Notes under the pieces: model-generated
Database searches by the model: none
Told to the model about the DNA's origin: nothing
The model's input: the letters and a program-made list of their open reading frames with translations, nothing else
Assembly: GCA_963842525.1 (NCBI GenBank)
Contig: CAWJGT010000014.1
Coordinates: 1 to 64,000 of the forward strand
Source of the DNA: an uncultured Holophagales bacterium
GTDB taxonomy: Bacteria > Acidobacteriota > Thermoanaerobaculia > Multivoradales > UBA5704
Direction of reading: 5' to 3'
DNA: 64,000 nucleotides
Position numbers and translations under genes: made by a program
Part shown: positions 58,140 to 64,000 of the stretch, in pieces
Numbering within the stretch: position 1 is the stretch's first letter
Layout of the letters: every line of letters begins with the position of its first letter

Positions 58140-58222
58140 AGGATACGCCCCCCGCGCGGGGACCGTCAACTGAAGCGACTTCAATTTGGGGTGTTGACAA
58201 TCTCAGTTTGCTGTCTTATCCT
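58140..58222. promoter_or_regulatory. Back-to-back divergent sigma70 promoters
   Basis: Plus: TTGACA(58194)-N17-TATCCT(58217). Minus: TTGACG(58169)-N18-TATCCT(58145), 6 nt before ATG 58133. Confidence 0.7.
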
Positions 58223-58374
58223 TCAGTCATGGACATCAAGAGGCTCTTCCAGATGCCCGATCCGAGCCTCATGGATCGACTGAGGATTCTGAAGAAGCTG
58301 ACGTAGGAACAGCGCGCATTGAGTCACCCTTCCGGAGCCGATCGAGGCCCGGAATTTCCGAAAGGAGAAGCAGT

Positions 58375-58689
58375 ATGGTTACTCAGCAAGCAGTCGAGAC
58401 GAGTCTGAAGCCGGAGCGGGTGCAGGAGCCGTTCGCGACCGGAGCGGCGGCGCTCACTGCCGGAGGGCTGGTCATCCAGCTCAAGGCGGAGCGGGTGCAG
58501 GAGCCCACTCTGGCCGCGGCGGGAGCCACCGTCACCTACACCTACGAGCTCGCGGTCAATCAGCCCCAGGTTGTGGAGATCGAGCTTCCCATGGCGATCG
58601 TCACCCTTCTGGGTAGTCCCGCCTGGGGGGCTCCCGAGGTCGTGCCCGCTGCGGGCTGTCCCGCAGGAAAGGAGGAAAACAATGCCTAG
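58375..58689 (+). CDS. Hypothetical protein with duplicated LKxERVQEP motif
   Basis: RBS AAAGGAG; two motif copies 75 bp apart. Confidence 0.65.
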   Translation: MVTQQAVETSLKPERVQEPFATGAAALTAGGLVIQLKAERVQEPTLAAAGATVTYTYELAVNQPQVVEIELPMAIVTLLGSPAWGAPEVVPAAGCPAGKEENNA

Positions 58690-59098
58690 AGCCAGTTCGT
58701 TTGCCCACGTCATACGGGACTGGGAGAGTCTGCTCGCTGCCCTCAACCAGCATGCAGAGCTCCAGGTCACTCTCGAAACCGAACGTCTGGCCCTGGAGAC
58801 CGACTTGACCGAGGCGCGGGCTCTCAAGACGCAGCAGGAGACACAGAATGCTGGCCGGCAGGAGCTGACGCAGCGGATCAAGACGGTGGTGGCCCACGGC
58901 AAGGACGTGGCCATTGCGATCCGGGCCGTGACCAGGGGCAAGATCGGTTTCCGCAACGAGCGGCTGGTCCACTTCGGAATGACTCCGTTCCGCAAGCGGG
59001 TGCGCAAGCTGGCGGTCAAGCCGGAGGGCGAGGAACCGGGCGACGAGCCCACCGGGCCGGAAGCTTCGGCGGGTGGAGCCAAGACGCTCGACTCCTGA
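58682..59098 (+). CDS. Small helical hypothetical protein (paralog A)
   Basis: RBS AAGGAGG; SFAHVIRDWESLL...GKIGFRNERLVHFGMTPFRKR. Confidence 0.8.
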   Translation: MPRASSFAHVIRDWESLLAALNQHAELQVTLETERLALETDLTEARALKTQQETQNAGRQELTQRIKTVVAHGKDVAIAIRAVTRGKIGFRNERLVHFGMTPFRKRVRKLAVKPEGEEPGDEPTGPEASAGGAKTLDS

Positions 59099-59114
59099 AC
59101 AACTCAACACACCC

Positions 59115-59145
59115 TGGGGGCGTGCTCCGGCACGCCCCCTTTTTT
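59115..59145 (+). terminator. Rho-independent terminator
   Basis: GGGGGCGTGC-TCCG-GCACGCCCCC followed by a T run. Confidence 0.75.
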
Positions 59146-59181
59146 GGAAGCCAACGCCGTTTCTATAGAAAGGAGAGGATC

Positions 59182-59550
59182 GTGTCGAAGCCGAATTCAT
59201 TCCGGGCTGTGCTCGCAGACTGGGAAAACCTGCTCAGCGCCGTCGGAGCTACGTCGTACGACATTCCTGACATCGCTTCCATCCGGAACGAGCTGGAGGA
59301 TGCTGTCCAGAAGGCCCGGGCGCACAAGATCCAGCAGGTTGCGCTCCAGATCGCCAGCCAACAATCGACGCGCCAGGTGAACGAGGCCTTGGCGCACGGC
59401 CGGGAGGTGGTCTTGCGAATGCGCAGCTTTCTGAAGGGTCGTCTCGGTCCCCACAACGAGGAGCTGCTCCGCTTCGGGGTCGCCCCAATCCGCAAGCGCG
59501 GGTCGCGCCACACGCTTCTGCCGCGGGCCGTGGAATCCCAGGTCAACTGA
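59182..59550 (+). CDS. Small helical hypothetical protein (paralog B)
   Basis: GTG after AAGGAGAGG; SFRAVLADWENLL...GRLGPHNEELLRFGVAPIRKR. Confidence 0.8.
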   Translation: MSKPNSFRAVLADWENLLSAVGATSYDIPDIASIRNELEDAVQKARAHKIQQVALQIASQQSTRQVNEALAHGREVVLRMRSFLKGRLGPHNEELLRFGVAPIRKRGSRHTLLPRAVESQVN

Positions 59551-59619
59551 AGCTCTCACAACTCCCTTGGGGGCGTGCTGCGGCACGGCCGGCCTGCGCG
59601 TCCCCGAGCTTCTGCACGA

Positions 59620-59815
59620 TCTGACGGGCGGCACCGACACCAAGCACTACCAGCACCTGACCCGCAACGTCTATCGCTTCATGCCGATCCCTGTCACCAG
59701 CGAGGATCTGCCCCGCCTCCATGGCACGAACGAGCGGGCGGGTGTCCAGGACTATGGCGGAGCTGTCCGTTTCTACGCGCAGCTCCTGCGCAACGCGGCG
59801 GGCCAGCCTATTTGA
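59620..59815 (+). pseudogene. Orphan C-terminal fragment of an M20-family peptidase
   Basis: GGTDTKHY..VYRFMP..RLHGTNER; no N-terminal part in the window. Confidence 0.7.
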
Positions 59816-60245
59816 ACAGCGCGTCGAAGGCGGCGCGGGCGTCTCCCGGGGCTGGCTTGTCGGAGTCCTTGGCGAACTCCTGCGCCACCTTGGGGGTGAA
59901 AAGCGTGCACTCGTTGCGGGTGCTCTTCTTGAGGATCTTCGCCGGGATCGCCTCGAACTGGCGGCACTCCCAGCGGGCCGAGGTGTCGAAGTGGATGCAG
60001 TTCGAGCAGGTGTGGAGGTCCATGCCGCATTTGGCGCAGGTGGCGTCGACGGGGACCTCCTCGGTGAGGACCCGTTTCTCGCCGCACCTGGCGCAACGGA
60101 AGACGCTCTCGGTGGGGGCTCCCATCCCCCGGCCCCGCGGCGGCCCGTCTTTCTTCTCCCGAGGCGGCGGCGGACCGGGACGCGGGCTGCCGCGGTCGCC
60201 CGAGTCCTGGTAACCGCGCTGGCGGTATTTGCGCTCATCGGACAT
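59808..60245 (-). CDS. Cys-rich (zinc-ribbon-like) hypothetical protein
   Basis: CARC, CAKC, HTCSNC, two further Cys; ends ARAAFDALFK. Confidence 0.8.
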   Translation of the reverse strand: MSDERKYRQRGYQDSGDRGSPRPGPPPPREKKDGPPRGRGMGAPTESVFRCARCGEKRVLTEEVPVDATCAKCGMDLHTCSNCIHFDTSARWECRQFEAIPAKILKKSTRNECTLFTPKVAQEFAKDSDKPAPGDARAAFDALFK

Positions 60246-60317
60246 GGAGAGGTCCTCCAGCACGCAGTGTAGCCGAAACCGGCCCACGCCTGGGATGGCC
60301 GGGTTAGGATGGCGGGC

Positions 60318-60623
60318 ATGGAGAAGCTCACGGGATCGCAGCGAAAATGGCTCCGGGGGCAGGCGCACAGCCTGCGGCCCCTCGTGCAGATCGGCCAGAA
60401 GGGGTTGACCGAGGCCGCTCTCCGGGAGGTCGCCGCCGCCCTGGACATCCACGAGCTCATCAAGGTCCAGGCGCCCGGCCCCAAGGAGGACAAGCAGGAG
60501 ATCGCGCGCCGGATCGAGGAGGAGCTGGGCGCCGAGGCGGTGGGCCTGATCGGCCACAGGATCATCCTCTACCGCCAGAGCCCCGATCCGGAGCAGCGCA
60601 AGATCGAGCTGCCCGGTGACTGA
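60318..60623 (+). CDS. yhbY: RNA-binding protein YhbY (CRM domain)
   Basis: LTGSQRKWLRGQAHSLRPLVQIGQKGLT..HELIKV. Confidence 0.93.
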   Translation: MEKLTGSQRKWLRGQAHSLRPLVQIGQKGLTEAALREVAAALDIHELIKVQAPGPKEDKQEIARRIEEELGAEAVGLIGHRIILYRQSPDPEQRKIELPGD

Positions 60624-60674
60624 CCGCAAACCTCCGGCCCTCCGTTGCGTATTTCGTACCGGAGAGCCGAGCCG

Positions 60675-63137
60675 GTGACGAATCGCTGGAAGGACGAGCT
60701 ACGGCAGGACGTGCGGTTCGGGATCCGCATCCTCCGCAAAAGCCCGACCTTCGCCCTGATGGCGACCCTCTCCGTGGCCCTGGGCGTCGCCGCCAACGTC
60801 ATCGTCTTCGGCCTCCTCTACGCGGCCCTGCTCCGGCCGCTCCCCTTCAAGGACTCTGGCCGGGTCGTCGCCGTGCAATCCAAGGGGCCCGAGGACACTC
60901 CCGGGGAAGGAATGCTCTTCTCCTTCCCCGACTATCAGGACCTCCGCCAATCGAACAGGGCGAACAGGGCCTTCGAGGAGACCGGCGCCTACCTGCTCGG
61001 ATATGGCCTCACGCTGAGCGGCAGCGAAGGGCCGGAGCGCGTGGAGGCGGGCCTGGTCTCGGCGGAGCTGTTTCCCCTGCTCGGCGTCGACCCGATCCTC
61101 GGCCGGCACTTCCACAAGGACGAAGACCGTTGGGAAGAGCCGCCGACGCTCCTGCTGAGCCATGAGCTGTGGCAAACGCGCTTCGGAGGCGATCCGCAGA
61201 TCGTCGGGCGGCAGGTCCTGGCCAACTCGATTCCCCACACCGTCGTCGGCGTGATGCCGCCAGGGTTTCGCTTACCGTACAACCGCTACATGGCATGGGT
61301 CCCGCTGAGGACCCGGATGGAGCCGACGGCCCAACGGGCTCTGCGCAACCTGACCGTGCTGGCCCGTCTACGGCCGGGCGTCACCCTGGAGGAGGCGCAG
61401 AAGGAGGTCTCGTCCCTCGCGGGAGACCTCGCTCGCAAGTACCCTGACTCGAACGCTGGCTGGAGCGCGACCGTCGTACCGGCGCGCAAGGCGATGCTCG
61501 TGCCGCAGCTTCAGGTCATCCTCCTGTCCCTGATGGGGGTGGTCTCCTTCGTCCTCCTCATTGCGTGCGCGAACGTGGCCCACCTGGTCCTGGAGCTGGT
61601 CATCGAGCGAAAGCGGGAGATCTCGATCCGGGCAGCCTTCGGAGCCGGGCGCCGGCGGCTCGTCCGCCAACTCCTCACGGAGAGCATCCTGATCGCCCTG
61701 GCCGGTGGTCTCCTGGGAACTCTCGCCGCAGCCTGGGGGCTCCGGGGCGTCGCGAGGCTGCTCCCCGAGGGAATCGCCCCCTATTGGCTGTGCATCCGGC
61801 TGGATACGCCGGTCCTGGCCTGCGCGGCCGGAGCCACGGCTGCGGCCTGGCTCCTCTTCGGGATGGCGCCAGCGCTTCAGGCCTCGCGGCCCGATCTCCA
61901 TACGGCGCTCAAGGACGGCGGGCGCAGCGCCGGGAGCACCCGGGCGCGGCGAGCCCGCGCCTCCCTGATCGTCGCCGAGGTGGCGGTCTCGACGGTGCTC
62001 CTCGTCGGCTCCGCGCTGCTGCTGCGCAGCTTCCTGGCCCTTCGCGCCGCCGATCTGGGGATCCAGACGAAAGGGCTCGTGTCCCTGTGGATCTACCTGC
62101 CCGGGGACACCTACAAGGATCAAGCAGTGCTGAAAGCGGAGCGTGTCGCCGAGGTCGTCAGCCGGCTCCGGGACATCCCCGGCGTGGATTCGGCAGCCGC
62201 TTCGAATAACGTGCCTGTCTACGGTGGCTCGAGCACCAAGCTCGACGAAGTCGAAAGCGAGGGATGGCCGGCCGGCAAGCCCCGGGACGCCGCGACCTCG
62301 ATCTTCGTGACTTCGGGGTTTTTCCAGGCGGCGGGAGCTCGCCTGCTCCAGGGCCGTGATCTCACGCCGGAGGAGGCCGTGGATGTCTCGGGCGTGGCAG
62401 TGGTGAACGAGACCTTCGCCCGGCGCTTCTGGCCGGACAGAGACGCGGTGGGCCGGCGCTTCCAGTTCCACGGTGGCTCGACCAGTGACTGGCTCACGGT
62501 GGTCGGCGTCGTGCGCGATCTGCGCGACCAGAGCGATCTCCGCAACGCCATCATGCCCTGCGCCTATGTCCCCTTCGCCTACAACCGCGGCCGCCCCGCC
62601 GCGATCCTGCTGCGCACGCAAAGAGACCTCAAGGTGCTACTTCCCAAGGTGAGGGAGGCGGTCCGCGCCGTCGATCCCAGCTTCCCGGTTTTCCGGGTCG
62701 CCACCATGGAGGAGAACCTGTCGGAGGCCCTCCACCTCGACCGGCTGTTCAGCAGCGGATTCGCTCTCTTCGGTGCCCTGGGATTGCTGCTCGCCGCGGT
62801 GGGCGTCTATGGGGTCCTGTCCTATGCTGTGAGCCGGCGGCTGCGGGAGATCGGGATCCGGCTGGCCCTGGGAGCGCGGCGCTGGGACGTGCTGCGCCTC
62901 GTCGTCGGCCATGGCATTCTGCTGACCATCGCAGGCATCGTCCTCGGGTTGGCGGGAGCCGCCGCCGTCTCCGGCAACATCACCGAGGCCCTCACCCTCT
63001 ATCAGGTGACTTCCACCGATCCGGTGAGCTTCGCCGGCGTCTCGATCCTTCTCATCGAGGTCGCCTTCTTCGCCAGCTACCTGCCCGCCCGCCGCGCCAC
63101 GGAGGTCGATCCCATCACGGTGCTGCGCGGCGAGTAG
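60675..63137 (+). CDS. ABC permease, duplicated MacB/FtsX (ADOP-type)
   Basis: QDVRFGIRILRKSP, VLLIACANVA, RQLLTES, YLPARRATEVDP. Confidence 0.9.
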   Translation: MTNRWKDELRQDVRFGIRILRKSPTFALMATLSVALGVAANVIVFGLLYAALLRPLPFKDSGRVVAVQSKGPEDTPGEGMLFSFPDYQDLRQSNRANRAFEETGAYLLGYGLTLSGSEGPERVEAGLVSAELFPLLGVDPILGRHFHKDEDRWEEPPTLLLSHELWQTRFGGDPQIVGRQVLANSIPHTVVGVMPPGFRLPYNRYMAWVPLRTRMEPTAQRALRNLTVLARLRPGVTLEEAQKEVSSLAGDLARKYPDSNAGWSATVVPARKAMLVPQLQVILLSLMGVVSFVLLIACANVAHLVLELVIERKREISIRAAFGAGRRRLVRQLLTESILIALAGGLLGTLAAAWGLRGVARLLPEGIAPYWLCIRLDTPVLACAAGATAAAWLLFGMAPALQASRPDLHTALKDGGRSAGSTRARRARASLIVAEVAVSTVLLVGSALLLRSFLALRAADLGIQTKGLVSLWIYLPGDTYKDQAVLKAERVAEVVSRLRDIPGVDSAAASNNVPVYGGSSTKLDEVESEGWPAGKPRDAATSIFVTSGFFQAAGARLLQGRDLTPEEAVDVSGVAVVNETFARRFWPDRDAVGRRFQFHGGSTSDWLTVVGVVRDLRDQSDLRNAIMPCAYVPFAYNRGRPAAILLRTQRDLKVLLPKVREAVRAVDPSFPVFRVATMEENLSEALHLDRLFSSGFALFGALGLLLAAVGVYGVLSYAVSRRLREIGIRLALGARRWDVLRLVVGHGILLTIAGIVLGLAGAAAVSGNITEALTLYQVTSTDPVSFAGVSILLIEVAFFASYLPARRATEVDPITVLRGE

Positions 63138-63224
63138 GCAGGTGCCCGGAGTCAGCTCAGGCCCATCTCGTCGATGGACTGCACCATCATGATTTGTTGC
63201 CGGATCGAGCTAGCCCAACTTCGG

Positions 63225-63923
63225 CTAGAACCCAGGCACCGTGAGGCTCCTGCCGCTCTCGGCGGGACCGAGGGCGAGGAGGAAGGGGGCGGCGCGCTCG
63301 GCCCAGCGCTCGGGGCCGGGATAGCTCTTGGCGGACTGCCCATACCAGCTCTCCAGCAGGGTGGTATGGACCACCCCGGGGTTGAGCGCGACCGCGGCCA
63401 TGCTGCGGGGTAGCTCCTCGGCCAGGGCACGCATCATGCCCTCGATCGCCCACTTGGTCGCGCTGTAGGGGGCCACTTCCGTGGCGCCCGACCGGCCCCA
63501 GCCCGAGTTGAAGCTCACGACCACGCCCTGCCCGCGCTCGACCATCGCAGGCAGGAAGCTGTGGATCACGTGATAGGTCCCCTTGAGGTTGATGTCGACG
63601 ATGCGGGCAAACTCCGCGTCGGGGACCTCCCAGAGGGGTGCGTTGGCGTTGATCACGCCCGCGTTGTTGACCAGCAGGTCGATCGGTGGATGCCGCGCGA
63701 GGACGTGCTGGGCCCAGGCTTCCACCTCGGCGGCAGAAGATACGTCCACCACCGAGAAGCCGTGCGGCTCGCCGAGGGAGGCCTGGAGCGCCTCGATCTC
63801 CGCGCGGGTGCGCCCGCAGCCGATCACCACGTGCCCCAGGCCGGCCAGGCGCACGGCGAGCGCCCGGCCAAGGCCGCGGGTGACGCCGGTGAGGAGGACC
63901 GTGCGACTCTCGCTCACCGTCAC
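63225..63923 (-). CDS. SDR-family oxidoreductase
   Basis: TGVTRGLG, NNAG, YSATK. Confidence 0.92.
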   Translation of the reverse strand: MTVSESRTVLLTGVTRGLGRALAVRLAGLGHVVIGCGRTRAEIEALQASLGEPHGFSVVDVSSAAEVEAWAQHVLARHPPIDLLVNNAGVINANAPLWEVPDAEFARIVDINLKGTYHVIHSFLPAMVERGQGVVVSFNSGWGRSGATEVAPYSATKWAIEGMMRALAEELPRSMAAVALNPGVVHTTLLESWYGQSAKSYPGPERWAERAAPFLLALGPAESGRSLTVPGF

Positions 63924-64000
63924 GCGGTCTCGGACAACGGGGTCACCAGAGGCAGCTCGTCCTCCGTGGGTTGGAAGAAGGCGGCGCCGACCGTACCCGG

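Noticed and set aside
48830-59600. Prophage or ICE
   Set aside because: No integrase, structural, replication or conjugation genes and no att direct repeats were found.

Overview
High-GC bacterial chromosomal window. The gene content (ADOP-type permease, XRE/TPR families, repeat types) suggests Acidobacteriota, possibly Thermoanaerobaculia; this is an inference. Most of the window is housekeeping and transport: paired amidohydrolases, a TatT-TRAP transporter, RluA, MATE, PiT/DUF47, an OmpA-SBP ABC system, RNase Z, a TPM pair, arfB, a D-aminoacylase, a damaged thr operon, yhbY and an SDR. Several palindromic repeat families are scattered between genes, and many single-base frameshifts are probably long-read errors. 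The strongest candidate for an undescribed system lies at about 50.9-58.1 kb. Three homologous TPR-like proteins, two with an N-terminal XRE HTH, each sit next to a small signal-peptide gene carrying 1-3 copies of a Cys-bracketed core, GC-x-[ILV]-DP-[HNY]-GGC. This resembles RRNPP receptor/propeptide quorum-sensing pairs, but in a diderm. The locus is flanked by an attC-bearing cassette, a 6x63-bp hairpin array and a divergent promoter pair with a leaderless repressor. Other oddities: a five-gene c-type cytochrome operon with RoxA/CCP-like motifs, palindromic elements inserted 165 nt in frame at two coupled start codons, a Uma2 gene inserted at the thrB start, and a thrA collapsed by two large deletions.
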